Counted from the first letter of the stretch, positions 10,000-19,804 are shown. The stretch is 64,000 nucleotides of DNA from Bacilli bacterium (GCA_900753325.1 CAADYO010000009.1:151514-215513), one strand, 5' to 3'. Notes: a model not told the origin generated them from the sequence alone. A program made the numbers and translations.

Positions 10000-11067
10000 A
10001 TGGGTATATTTGAGAAACTTAAAAATGCTCTATTTGAGGAAGAGTATGTTGAAGTTGTTGAAAAGCCTAAAACACAAAAAGTTTCTAAGAAAAAGACTGC
10101 TCCAAGAGAAAAAATAAAGGAAAAATATAGTAATAAGGATAATGATTTTGAAGAAGAGGAAAAGCCTGTTGCTAAAAAAGTAGTTCTTCCGGAAAAAAGA
10201 GAAAGTCATATTCCAGATGATGATGTAGATGATGAAATTGAGACAATTGATGATGTAAAAGAAGAAGAAGAACAGCATAGTACCTTTAAAATGATTGATG
10301 ATGATGACTTTAAGGTTGATGACGATATTCCACCGGCTGTTAGTGAACCAAAGATCGTTAAAGTTATAGAAAAAGATGATACTATTCCTCCATATTCTAT
10401 GAAAAGAGATAGGAATGAAAAATTATATCCATCTAAGGCTCCTAAAAATACTGGACCTCAGCCATATGGAATTGAAGAAACTCCGCAGTCTACTGTTAAG
10501 GAATATAATATTTATGAGAAAAAAGAGGAAAAGTCTTATTTTAAACCATCACCTATAATCTCCCCAATATATGGTATTTTAGATAAAAATTACAGTAAAG
10601 AAGATATTGTTCCTAAAAGAGAGATTAGACTTACTAGTAGTTTAGCTAGAGAAAAAGTTAGTGTGGATGATGTTAGAGAAAAGGCATTTGGTAAAAATGA
10701 AGAACCTGTATCTCATAGAAGTAGAGTTGATAATAATGATCCAACGTTTGAACTTGAAAAAGATGATACAAATTTATTAGTTGATTTAAGTTCTGATGAT
10801 GATAAACCTTCTGTTAAAGATGTTACAATGGGAGATGCTGTTGAATATTTTCAAGATTTAGGATTAGAATATAATGTAGACTATGTAGATGCAGGCAAAA
10901 AAACGTCTGGTAGACGTGAAAAGAAAGTTTATGATGATGATATAACTATTGATAATTTTGAAAGTACTGAAAAAAAGACTGAAGTAGTACAAAAGAAAAA
11001 CGACGATGGTGATACTGATGATAATTTATTTGATTTAATAGATTCTATGTATCAGGATCAAGATTAA
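10000..11067 (+). CDS. Highly acidic hypothetical protein with N-terminal amphipathic helix
   Basis: RBS AGAGGTGAG. MGIFEKLKNALFEE... N-terminus followed by D/E/K-rich low-complexity sequence. Confidence 0.55.
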   Translation: MGIFEKLKNALFEEEYVEVVEKPKTQKVSKKKTAPREKIKEKYSNKDNDFEEEEKPVAKKVVLPEKRESHIPDDDVDDEIETIDDVKEEEEQHSTFKMIDDDDFKVDDDIPPAVSEPKIVKVIEKDDTIPPYSMKRDRNEKLYPSKAPKNTGPQPYGIEETPQSTVKEYNIYEKKEEKSYFKPSPIISPIYGILDKNYSKEDIVPKREIRLTSSLAREKVSVDDVREKAFGKNEEPVSHRSRVDNNDPTFELEKDDTNLLVDLSSDDDKPSVKDVTMGDAVEYFQDLGLEYNVDYVDAGKKTSGRREKKVYDDDITIDNFESTEKKTEVVQKKNDDGDTDDNLFDLIDSMYQDQD

Positions 11068-11082
11068 TAGGAGGAGAAAATT

Positions 11083-11388
11083 ATGGACTTTTTAAATTTT
11101 GTTTTACCTGTTTTGCTATATAGTTTAGCAATTGTATTAATAATAGTATTGATAGTTTTGGGAATTAAGTTGATTCTTATGCTTAATAAAGTTGATAAAG
11201 TAGTTGATAATGTTTCAGACAAAGTTGATTCACTTAATGGAATTTTCTCTTTTATTGATAGAACAACTGATAGTCTAGCTTTATTAAGTGATACTGTTGT
11301 TAATGCTATTGCTGGTGTTGTATTTAAACTATTTAAAGGTAAAAAAAGAAGAGAAAAGAAAGATGAGGAGGATTTTGAAGATGAGTAA
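11083..11388 (+). CDS. DUF948/YtxG-like membrane protein
   Basis: N-terminal TM followed by VDKVVDNVSDKVDSL coiled segment. RBS AGGAGGAG. Stop overlaps the next start (ATGA). Confidence 0.55.
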   Translation: MDFLNFVLPVLLYSLAIVLIIVLIVLGIKLILMLNKVDKVVDNVSDKVDSLNGIFSFIDRTTDSLALLSDTVVNAIAGVVFKLFKGKKRREKKDEEDFEDE

Positions 11389-11791
11389 GAAAAAAGGTTG
11401 TGGAAAGTTTTTATTTGGTGCTGCACTTGGTGCAGGTTTAGGACTTTTATTTGCTCCTAAAAAAGGTAGTGATACAAGAGCTGACCTTAAAGTACAGTTT
11501 GATAAATTAATGAATCAAATTAGAGATATTGATACTGAAGAGGTAAAAGCTGAATTTGATAGACGTGTAAATGAAATCAAAGCTGATCTTACAGATTTAG
11601 ATAAAGAAAAGGCTTTAGATTTAGCTAAGGAAAAGGCTTTGGTGTTAAAGGAAAAAGTTGAAGATCTTGTTGATTTGGCTGTTGAAAAAGGTACTCCAGT
11701 TTTACGTGATGCTGCTGATGAATTAAGAGTTAAAGCTATTGCTGTAACAAAAGAAGTTTTAAAAAAGTTAGAAAAAGAAGAGAAAAAGTAG
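11381..11791 (+). CDS. YtxH-like protein (general-stress-type small membrane-associated protein)
   Basis: MSKKKGCGKFLFGAALGAGLGLLFAPKKGSDTRADLK... matches the YtxH family N-terminus. In-frame ATG with a GAGGAGG RBS. Confidence 0.6.
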   Translation: MSKKKGCGKFLFGAALGAGLGLLFAPKKGSDTRADLKVQFDKLMNQIRDIDTEEVKAEFDRRVNEIKADLTDLDKEKALDLAKEKALVLKEKVEDLVDLAVEKGTPVLRDAADELRVKAIAVTKEVLKKLEKEEKK

Positions 11792-11809
11792 GAAAATCCT
11801 ACTTTTTTG
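11788..11809 (+). terminator. Rho-independent terminator
   Basis: gtagga-aaa-tcctac hairpin followed by TTTTTT. Confidence 0.6.
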
Positions 11810-11834
11810 TTGTATTTTTAGTTTTCTATGTTAT

Positions 11835-12053
11835 AATTTATTTATATTTTTGATGACTGATATTTTAGTAGAAGTTAATTATTTTAGTAGAGACCTAATG
11901 GTTGGTGAAAATTAGGAGATATTTAATTTTGAATTACACTATTATGAGAAAATCGTTTATCGCGTTAAGATATGAGAGTGCATAGATTTTTCTATGAATT
12001 AAGGTGGTACCACGAGCTAATTCGTCCTTATAGATGAGTTGGCTCTTTTTTTT
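11835..12053 (+). promoter_or_regulatory. T-box riboswitch leader (probable Tyr specifier UAC) with terminator
   Basis: AGAGA-type stem-I sequence near 11886. T-box sequence AATTAAGGTGGTACCACGAG at 11997-12016. Terminator gagctaattcgtc/gatgagttggctc followed by a T8 run. Candidate specifier AAUUACAC near 11933. Confidence 0.7.
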
Positions 12054-12063
12054 GAAGGGAGTG

Positions 12064-12615
12064 ATGCTTTTGCATACTGAGTATGAAGTTAGAGTACTTA
12101 ATATTAAAAAGGAAAAAATTATAAAAAAGTTGGAGGAGTTACATGCTGAGTTTCAGTGGGATTTGATTCAAAAGCGTTATGTGTATGATTTTATTCCTAG
12201 CATTGAAAGTAAATGGATTAGACTTAGAACTAATGGAAAGAAAACTACTTTGACTATTAAAAATTTGGTTTCTTCTGAAATTGATGGAACGCAAGAATTA
12301 GAGATTGAGGTTGATAATTTTGAAAGATGTAATTTGATTTTGAAAGAATTAGGTTATGTTCCTAAAGGTTATCAAGAAAATAGAAGGAGACAATATTTAC
12401 TTAATGGTGTAGAAGTTGATATTGATTCTTGGCCATTAATTCCTGATTATTTGGAAATAGAAGGTCCGAGTGAAGAGGCTGTTTATAATGCTTTAGAGAG
12501 CCTAGGATTTAAAAGAGAAGATGCAACTAGTCGTGATGTTGAAGGAATTTTTTTAGATTATGGGCATAATTTAAATGATATATATAACTTAAAATTAGAG
12601 GAGGAAAGAAAATGA
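12064..12615 (+). CDS. CYTH-domain protein (CyaB/ThTPase-type triphosphate tunnel enzyme)
   Basis: EYEVRVLNIKKEKI... then ...EIEVDNFE...: the CYTH family shows the same alternating acidic beta-strand pattern. RBS GAAGGGAG. The longer 12034 start sits inside the terminator. Stop overlaps tyrS. Confidence 0.65.
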   Translation: MLLHTEYEVRVLNIKKEKIIKKLEELHAEFQWDLIQKRYVYDFIPSIESKWIRLRTNGKKTTLTIKNLVSSEIDGTQELEIEVDNFERCNLILKELGYVPKGYQENRRRQYLLNGVEVDIDSWPLIPDYLEIEGPSEEAVYNALESLGFKREDATSRDVEGIFLDYGHNLNDIYNLKLEEERK

Positions 12616-13844
12616 CAGTATATGAGGATTTAAAATGGAGAGGTTTAATTAAAGATGTAACATCTCCAGAATTAGAAGAAAAATTGAATAACGGTGGAAT
12701 GACTTTTTATATAGGTGCTGATCCGACTGCGGAGAGTCTTCATATTGGACAGTATCCTACCTTCTTAGTTGCGGAAAGATTAAGAAGAGCTGGACATAAA
12801 CCAATCATCTTAGTAGGTGGGGCTACAGGAAGAGTGGGAGATCCTAGAGGAACTGGTGAAAGAGAAAAAGCAGATATTAAGGTTATAGAAAAGAACTTTG
12901 TAAAGATAAAAGCTCAAATGCAGAAGTTATTTGGAGAAGATACTTTAGTAGTTAATAACTATGATTGGTTTAAGGATTATAATTATATCGACTTTTTAAG
13001 AGATGTTGGAAAATATATTAATGTGTCTTATATGATTAATAAGGATTTAGTAAAGAGACAGATGGATGTTGGTATTTCTTATGCTGAGTTTTCTTATATG
13101 TTAATTCAAGGATACGACTTTAAATATATACATGATCATTATGGAGCAGATTTACAGTTTGGTGGATCTGATCAATGGGGAAATTTAACTACAGGAATTG
13201 AGTTAATAAGAAAATTAAATAATGAGGAAGTATATGCTTTTTCTGTACCATTACTTGTTGATTCTACTGGTAGAAAGTTAGGCAAGAGTTTTGGAAATGC
13301 ATTATGGATAGATGAGGAGAAGACTTCTAGCTATGAAATGTATCAATACTTATTAAACCTTGAAGATGTAATGATAGAAGAATATCTTAAAAAATATACG
13401 TTCCTAGAAAAAGATGAAATTGAATCTATTATGAAAAGGCATAATGAAGCTCCAGAAAAGAGAATTGCTCAAAAGAAATTGGCTGAATGTGTTATTACAG
13501 ATTTGCATGGAGAAGATAGTTATAATAAGGCTGTTAAAATTAGTGAATCTTTATTCAATGGTGATGTTAAAGCATTTACTTCTAAGGATGTTGAAGTTGC
13601 ATTTAAAGGTTTAGATGTATTTACAGTTAAAGAAGATTTAAATATTGTTGATTTACTCGTTGCTGGTGGTTGTTGTTCTAGTAAAAGAGAAGCTAGAGAA
13701 TTTGTTAGTAATGGTTCAATTACTTTGAATGGTGAAAAAGTACTTGATTTAGATTTTGTACTTACAAAGGATTTATGTATTGATAATAAATATATTGTTA
13801 TTAGACGTGGTAAGAAAAAGTACTTTATTGGAGTTTATGAGTAA
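12612..13844 (+). CDS. tyrS: Tyrosyl-tRNA synthetase
   Basis: GADPTAESLHIGQYP (HIGH motif) and KLGKSFGN (KMSKS-type motif), with a C-terminal S4-like domain. Confidence 0.95.
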   Translation: MTVYEDLKWRGLIKDVTSPELEEKLNNGGMTFYIGADPTAESLHIGQYPTFLVAERLRRAGHKPIILVGGATGRVGDPRGTGEREKADIKVIEKNFVKIKAQMQKLFGEDTLVVNNYDWFKDYNYIDFLRDVGKYINVSYMINKDLVKRQMDVGISYAEFSYMLIQGYDFKYIHDHYGADLQFGGSDQWGNLTTGIELIRKLNNEEVYAFSVPLLVDSTGRKLGKSFGNALWIDEEKTSSYEMYQYLLNLEDVMIEEYLKKYTFLEKDEIESIMKRHNEAPEKRIAQKKLAECVITDLHGEDSYNKAVKISESLFNGDVKAFTSKDVEVAFKGLDVFTVKEDLNIVDLLVAGGCCSSKREAREFVSNGSITLNGEKVLDLDFVLTKDLCIDNKYIVIRRGKKKYFIGVYE

Positions 13845-13939
13845 ATATTTACAAAAAGGAAATATAATTTATTATATTTTCTTTTTACTTGTGGAAAAAA
13901 GTTTTTATTTTTGTTATTATTATAGTGGGAGGTTAGTAT

Positions 13940-15157
13940 ATGGAGAAGAGAATTTTAAAGGTATTAAGAATTGTTTTTGTTATTTGTTTGGCTATTTTAC
14001 TTGTGGAAGTTTTTTATCTGACATATGTTAACTTCTTTAAAGAAAAAAAGTCTATTTATTTTGATGCTATAAACGCTGTTACTGCAGGTGATAATAATAA
14101 TTATATTGTTGTTGGAAGTAATAATAATAATGATAAACACTATGAGAAAGCTAAGATTGCTAAATACAATTCTAAAAAAGAAAAGATATTTGAGGTTTTA
14201 TATAACAAAGGTTATAATGGTGCTTTTTTTGATGTTGCCTTGGATGAAGATAGTTATGTTGCTGTTGGTAGTTATGAGGCCAGTGATGATGAACATAAAG
14301 CTGGTACACGAAGAGCCTTAATTGTTAAGTTTGATAATACTGGTAAAATTTTATTTGATAAAAGTTTTGGTGTGCTTGATAATTCAAAATTTGTTGGAAT
14401 TGAAGTTTTGAATGATGGTTACTTAGTTGTTGGACAAAGTATTTATGAAAATACAACACTTGGTTTTTCAAATGCTGGTGGTGCTTATTTAGTGAAACTT
14501 GATAAATCTGGCAATATTATTTGGAGAAGCAATTATGGTGGAAATAAGGCTGCTATATTTAATGATGTTATTTGTGCTCAAGGTTATATTTATGTTTCTG
14601 GTAGAGATTCATCTAGGGTTGGTCTTGTTAATAAGTATGATATGGATGGAAACCTTATCAAAAGTACTGGATATGAATATACTGATAGCTTAGGTTTTAC
14701 TAGTTTAGTTGCTGTTGATGATGGAATTGTTGTTGCTGGTGCTAAAAAGACAGTTGATGATAATAATAATTCTATTGTAGATGCTTTGTTAGTTAAATAT
14801 GATTTTGATTGTAACTATATAAGTGAAAAAAGTTATGATAATGGTAATATGGAAAGATTTAATATAGTTATTAGAGATTCTAATGGAAACTTATTGGTTG
14901 TTGGTAATGAAGCTCTTGCCGATACTAATAATGATGTTAATGTATTATTATATAATGGTATAATTGGCAAGTATAAAAGTGATTTATCTGATATAAAACT
15001 CGAGAAGTATGGTGAACAAAGAGATGATCATTTTACTGATGTGATACTTGTTAATAATGATTATTGGGTTGTTGGATATTCTTCTTATGAGGATGGAAGT
15101 TATTTGAGTAAGTTTATTGTATATAGTGATGCTCTAAAGGTATTGGAGGTTCAATAA
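13940..15157 (+). CDS. Membrane-anchored beta-propeller-like repeat protein
   Basis: N-terminal TM followed by about 7 repeats of Y-x-VVG/VAG (YIVVGS, YVAVGSY, YLVVGQ, YIYVSGR, IVVAGA, LLVVGN, YWVVGYSSY). Confidence 0.55.
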   Translation: MEKRILKVLRIVFVICLAILLVEVFYLTYVNFFKEKKSIYFDAINAVTAGDNNNYIVVGSNNNNDKHYEKAKIAKYNSKKEKIFEVLYNKGYNGAFFDVALDEDSYVAVGSYEASDDEHKAGTRRALIVKFDNTGKILFDKSFGVLDNSKFVGIEVLNDGYLVVGQSIYENTTLGFSNAGGAYLVKLDKSGNIIWRSNYGGNKAAIFNDVICAQGYIYVSGRDSSRVGLVNKYDMDGNLIKSTGYEYTDSLGFTSLVAVDDGIVVAGAKKTVDDNNNSIVDALLVKYDFDCNYISEKSYDNGNMERFNIVIRDSNGNLLVVGNEALADTNNDVNVLLYNGIIGKYKSDLSDIKLEKYGEQRDDHFTDVILVNNDYWVVGYSSYEDGSYLSKFIVYSDALKVLEVQ

Positions 15158-15714
15158 TGAAAATTACACTGGTTAGACATGGACAAACAGATTTTAATTA
15201 TGAAGGTAAGATTCAAGGAAGGTCAAACAATTTTTTGAACGATGAAGGAAGAAGACAATGCAAGTCTTTAAGAAATAAACTTATGAATCAACATTTTGAT
15301 ATTTGTTATATGTCTCCTTTAGTTAGGGCTGTTGAAACAGCTATTATTTTAATAGGTGATAGAGTTGAAACTGTTGTTGATGATAGATTAATTGAAAGAG
15401 ATATGGGAGAATTAGAAGGGAAAAATAGAAAGGATTATGATGGAATAAGATATTGGAATTATAATCTTAATTGTCATGATGATGGAGTAGAAGGAATTCA
15501 AAGTATTTTTGAAAGATGCCATGACTTTTTGAATTATATAATAAAAAAATATCCAGGTAAGGATATTTTGATTGTTTCACATGGAGCTCCTGTTAGAGCT
15601 ATGCATCATATTTTGAAGAAGACGGATTTAAATAGTAATTTATTAGATGTTAATGTTTGTAATTGTTATTGTGAAACAATTGAGTTTAATGAAAATGAAT
15701 TTATGGATAAATAA
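15157..15714 (+). CDS. Histidine phosphatase (phosphoglycerate mutase family) protein
   Basis: LVRHGQTDFN motif (RHG catalytic His) and later SHGAP. Start overlaps the upstream stop (TAATG). Confidence 0.8.
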   Translation: MKITLVRHGQTDFNYEGKIQGRSNNFLNDEGRRQCKSLRNKLMNQHFDICYMSPLVRAVETAIILIGDRVETVVDDRLIERDMGELEGKNRKDYDGIRYWNYNLNCHDDGVEGIQSIFERCHDFLNYIIKKYPGKDILIVSHGAPVRAMHHILKKTDLNSNLLDVNVCNCYCETIEFNENEFMDK

Positions 15715-15742
15715 AAAAAGCACTTCTAAAGTGCTTTTAAAT
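15715..15742. terminator. Bidirectional rho-independent terminator
   Basis: agcactt-cta-aagtgct hairpin with A/T-runs on both sides, between convergent genes. Confidence 0.7.
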
Positions 15743-15744
15743 TT

Positions 15745-16347
15745 TTACTTGTTGTAGAATTCAACGATTAATGCTTCATTAATATCAGCATTAAGTTCAT
15801 TTCTTTCAGGTAATCTTACAAAAGTTGCTTCTTTTTTACCTTCATCATAAGTGATGAAATCAACACGTTTTGTAATTTTTGATAATGCTTCTTCAACAAC
15901 TTTTAAGTTCTTGTCATCTTCTTTTAGTGATATAACATCACCAACTTTAACTCTATATGAAGGAATATCAACTTTTTTACCATTAACAGTAACATGTCCA
16001 TGATTTACAAGTTGTCTAGCTCCACGACGAGTAGAAGCAAAACCAGCACGATAAACTAAGTTATCTAAACGTGATTCAAGTAATCTTAAGAAGTTTGTAC
16101 CATGAATACCTTGTAACTTAGAAGCTTCATCAAAAGTTTTTCTAAATTGTCTTTCATTTAATCCATACATGAAACGAACTTTTTGTTTTTCTTTTAATTG
16201 AGTTCCGTAATCAGATAATTTACCTTTACGATCTTTTCCATGTTGTCCTGGACCATATGGACGACGAGCTAATTCTTTCCCAGTTTCAGTTAAAGAAAAA
16301 CCAACACGACGAGCTTGTTTATAATTAGAACCTGTATATCTTGCCAT
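15745..16347 (-). CDS. rpsD: 30S ribosomal protein S4
   Basis: [19 protein letters not shown]...PYGPGQHG; 200 aa. Confidence 0.95.
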   Translation of the reverse strand: MARYTGSNYKQARRVGFSLTETGKELARRPYGPGQHGKDRKGKLSDYGTQLKEKQKVRFMYGLNERQFRKTFDEASKLQGIHGTNFLRLLESRLDNLVYRAGFASTRRGARQLVNHGHVTVNGKKVDIPSYRVKVGDVISLKEDDKNLKVVEEALSKITKRVDFITYDEGKKEATFVRLPERNELNADINEALIVEFYNK

Positions 16348-16510
16348 AATTTTTCTCCTTTCTTTGTATTTGCAATTTACTGAAATGATTTAGTCATACC
16401 TTAGGGAGTTTTTCTTTTCTTTCGCATAAACAGCAATAGTTACTAAACACTATATGAAAAACACTTTAAAATATTCTAAATCTGCTGTTTCAAGTTAATT
16501 TGCATTTATA

Positions 16511-16539
16511 ATTATAGGGTAAATATGTTGATATGTCAA
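16511..16539 (-). promoter_or_regulatory. Consensus sigma-A promoter for rpsD (TTGACA-N17-TATAAT on the minus strand)
   Basis: Reverse complement reads TTGACAtatcaacatatttacccTATAAT. Gives a leader of about 155 nt, consistent with the known S4-autoregulated rpsD leader in Bacillus. Confidence 0.55.
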
Positions 16540-16585
16540 GGAATTTTAGATGTATCTTGTCTATTTTAGTAATGCTTTGATTAAA

Positions 16586-16614
16586 TTGACAAATAATTAG
16601 ATTATTTATATACT
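16586..16614 (+). promoter_or_regulatory. Sigma-A promoter (TTGACA-N17-TATACT) for the surface-protein gene
   Basis: Hexamers at 16586-16591 and 16609-16614. Confidence 0.5.
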
Positions 16615-16624
16615 TAATAGTAGG

Positions 16625-17992
16625 GTGATTATAATAATGGGAAGAAGAATTTTTCTTATAGTATTTGCTGTTTTATTTACTCCGATTGCTTGTTTTGCGA
16701 AAGGCATGGACTTTGAATTAAAAGATGATATCACTGTTCCTGGTATGATAGCTAATGATACTGATACTATGACATTTTCAGTTTATGATAGTACTGATAA
16801 GTGGGATGGTACAATTATTTATTGTGCGCATGATAATATTATGACTAAGCTTGATACTAGTTATAAAATTATTTGGACTAAAAGTTCTAATGCTGATATA
16901 AGTGATGATGTTCAAAAAAAGTTAGTTGACAGTAATTTATGTACAAATAAATCTCCATGTCATATAATTTCTAATTATGATAATGAAGGAAAAATGTCTG
17001 GCTATATTGTTCTTTTTAGTGATTTAAAGACAAAATTTGTAATGAGATTTTTTGATTTAGACTTAAATATGTTGAAGGAATATGATCTTGATAATTTTTA
17101 TGAAAAATCATTTGAAAGGCTTGATTTTTATAAATATAAAATAATTAGAAGTACCGATTTTATTTATGTACTTGATTATAGTAGTGATATGGCCGAAAAT
17201 CCATCCGGATTAATTTTTAATATGTATGATAAAGATACTTTGGAGTTAAAAAAGAGTTTCTTTGTTGGTGAGGATGCTGTAGGAACGTTTTCTTTTGATG
17301 CTAGTAAAAATGTTAATGGGATATTTTTTTATGATGGCATGGATACTGATGATATTTTAAATGTTGACTTATCGATGGATATTAAATTTCAATCTAAAAA
17401 TAATTATTATTTTCGACACATAATTAATACGCAAAATATTAATGGTATTTATAATGGATACTTTGCATTTGGTCAAAATAAAACTACTGATAAGAGAGAA
17501 ATTGTTCGCCTTGATATGAAGGGTAAAGTGTTATGGAATATAGAATCTAAATATGATTTATATGATATAGTTGAAGATTATGATGAAAATCATGAATTAG
17601 ATGGTTATTTGATTCTTGCTGCTGATAGTGATAATACTGTTCATTTACTTAGATATTTGTATAAAGAATATGAAATAATAAGTAAAGATAATGATAATGG
17701 TACAATTTCAGTTGGTGATACTGGTCGTGTGGGAGAAAAAGTTATTGTAAAAGTAAAACCTAAAGAAGGATATAAGTTAAAGAAAATTATTGTTACTGAT
17801 GGTAATGGTGATGAAATCGAAGTAAGTTCTGATGGTACATTTATAATGCCAGATAGTGAAGTTACTATTTCTACTGTTTTTGAAAAAATAGACACTATTA
17901 TAAGTAATCCAGAAACTTCATCTTTTATTTGTATTGTATTAGGAATTATTGTAATTTCACTTTTGGGAATTGTAGTTGTTAAAAGTAAATAG
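16625..17992 (+). CDS. Cell-surface protein with an InlB B-repeat (Listeria-Bacteroides repeat) and a C-terminal NPETS + TM anchor
   Basis: N-terminal signal peptide. GTISVGDTGRVGEKVIVKVKPKEGYKLKKIIVTDGNGDEIEV...FIMPDSEVTISTVFEKI matches the Flg_new/InlB B-repeat pattern. C-terminus reads ...SNPETS-hydrophobic 20 aa-KSK. Confidence 0.65.
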   Translation: MIIIMGRRIFLIVFAVLFTPIACFAKGMDFELKDDITVPGMIANDTDTMTFSVYDSTDKWDGTIIYCAHDNIMTKLDTSYKIIWTKSSNADISDDVQKKLVDSNLCTNKSPCHIISNYDNEGKMSGYIVLFSDLKTKFVMRFFDLDLNMLKEYDLDNFYEKSFERLDFYKYKIIRSTDFIYVLDYSSDMAENPSGLIFNMYDKDTLELKKSFFVGEDAVGTFSFDASKNVNGIFFYDGMDTDDILNVDLSMDIKFQSKNNYYFRHIINTQNINGIYNGYFAFGQNKTTDKREIVRLDMKGKVLWNIESKYDLYDIVEDYDENHELDGYLILAADSDNTVHLLRYLYKEYEIISKDNDNGTISVGDTGRVGEKVIVKVKPKEGYKLKKIIVTDGNGDEIEVSSDGTFIMPDSEVTISTVFEKIDTIISNPETSSFICIVLGIIVISLLGIVVVKSK

Positions 17993-18094
17993 AAATTTTT
18001 GATATTCTTTTTTCGACAAATATTATCTAAAAGTATGGAAAAAAGGTATGTTAATGTGTTAAAATAATTTTATACTAGAATAAGAGGTGAGGGT

Positions 18095-19804
18095 ATGCAG
18101 GGACAATATTTAATTATCGGTTCAGCTGTTGTTATTGCTTTAGTTATTGTTATTATTATTCTTCACTTTATTAGACAATTTGAAATGAAGTATTATCGTG
18201 ATAAAATAAAAGAATTGGAAAGACAAAGAAATATTGTTGCGTCTACTCCAGTTCTTTTAGAGCTTTCTAAGGTTGAACCAATTATTAAAAATGATAAGAT
18301 GGAAGAAAAATATAATAAATGGCATGATGCTTTTATTTCACTCAAGGAAAACCGACTTACTTTAATTGATGACATGTTAATTGATTTGGATATATATATT
18401 GATAAACGTGATTATAAATCATGTGGTTATTCTATGGCTAAGATAGAAATAGAAATTTACAAAGTCAGAGAAGCTGCAGAACATTTATTAGAAGAAATTA
18501 AAGATATTACTTTGAGTGAAGAAAAATATAGAGCGATTGTTACTAAATTAAAAACTAAATATAGAGAGCTTAACAAAGACTTTCAAGATCATAAACAATT
18601 GTATGAACAGATGCAGGAGCCTATTACTTTGCAACTTGAAAATATAGAGAGAAGATTTTTAGATTTTGAAAAAGTAATGGATAATAATGATTATGCTGAA
18701 GTTGTTCATATTGTTAAAGCTTTGGATACAATGATTGGTCATATTGAAATTATTGTTAAAGAAGTACCAGATGTTTTGTTAATGGCTAATCAAATTATTC
18801 CACAAAGAATTAAAGAAGTTAAAACTAATTATGATGAAATGATAAAGCAAGGATATCCACTTGATTATTTAAATATTGATTATAATTTAGAGGAAACTAG
18901 GAAGAATGTAGACTCTGTTTTGGATAAAGTAAATGTTTTAAATCTAGAAGGGTGTATGTTTGATTTAAAAACAATGCTTGAATACTTAGATTCATTGTTT
19001 ATAGATTTTGAAAAAGAGAGACTTGCTAGAAAAGTGTATGAGGAAGTAGAAAGTGATTTTTCTAAAAAAATTGAAAAGACTAATAAACTGGTTTGTGATA
19101 TTTATGAACAACTTGATGATATTAAAAAGATGTATGATTTAGGTGATGAAGATGTTGAAATAATACATAATGTTAATAAAAGTTTGGTTGTTATAAATGA
19201 TGATTATAAAAAGATGCTTGCTAAAGTTGCAGCTAAATCTTCTCCTTATACTGCTCTTAATAAAGAAATTGAAGAGTTAACTGTTCGTTTGAGTGATTTG
19301 GAAGATGAACTTGATAAGTCATTAAAATCACTTGGCAATATGTATGATGATGAAGTTAGAGCTAGAGAACAATTAGACGAGATTCAAGAGTTCTTAAAGC
19401 AATGTAAAAATAAAATGAGAACTTATAAATTACCAGTTATTACAGATAATTATTTTGTACAATTATCTGAGGCAAATGAGGCTATTTGTGAAGTAATTAA
19501 AGAATTAGAAAAAAAACCTATCGTTATAAAGACGTTAAATACGCGAGTTGATACAGCAAGAGACTTGGTTTTGAAACTTTATAATACAACTAATGAAATG
19601 ATTAGAATGGCTCAATGTGCAGAAATCGCTATTGTATATGGAAATAGATATCGTGATTATGAAGAAGTTGATACTGGGCTTGATGATGCTAGAAATAAAT
19701 TTTTTGTAGGAGACTATAAAAAATCTTTAGATATTGCGATTAGAACTATTTCGTTAGTTGATGATGATATTTCAAAAAAACTTTTTAATAGAGAAGGTTA
19801 TTAA
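18095..19804 (+). CDS. ezrA: Septation ring formation regulator EzrA
   Basis: Single N-terminal TM then about 540 aa of coiled coil; about 569 aa. Position between rpsD and thiI is as in B. subtilis. Confidence 0.8.
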   Translation: MQGQYLIIGSAVVIALVIVIIILHFIRQFEMKYYRDKIKELERQRNIVASTPVLLELSKVEPIIKNDKMEEKYNKWHDAFISLKENRLTLIDDMLIDLDIYIDKRDYKSCGYSMAKIEIEIYKVREAAEHLLEEIKDITLSEEKYRAIVTKLKTKYRELNKDFQDHKQLYEQMQEPITLQLENIERRFLDFEKVMDNNDYAEVVHIVKALDTMIGHIEIIVKEVPDVLLMANQIIPQRIKEVKTNYDEMIKQGYPLDYLNIDYNLEETRKNVDSVLDKVNVLNLEGCMFDLKTMLEYLDSLFIDFEKERLARKVYEEVESDFSKKIEKTNKLVCDIYEQLDDIKKMYDLGDEDVEIIHNVNKSLVVINDDYKKMLAKVAAKSSPYTALNKEIEELTVRLSDLEDELDKSLKSLGNMYDDEVRAREQLDEIQEFLKQCKNKMRTYKLPVITDNYFVQLSEANEAICEVIKELEKKPIVIKTLNTRVDTARDLVLKLYNTTNEMIRMAQCAEIAIVYGNRYRDYEEVDTGLDDARNKFFVGDYKKSLDIAIRTISLVDDDISKKLFNREGY

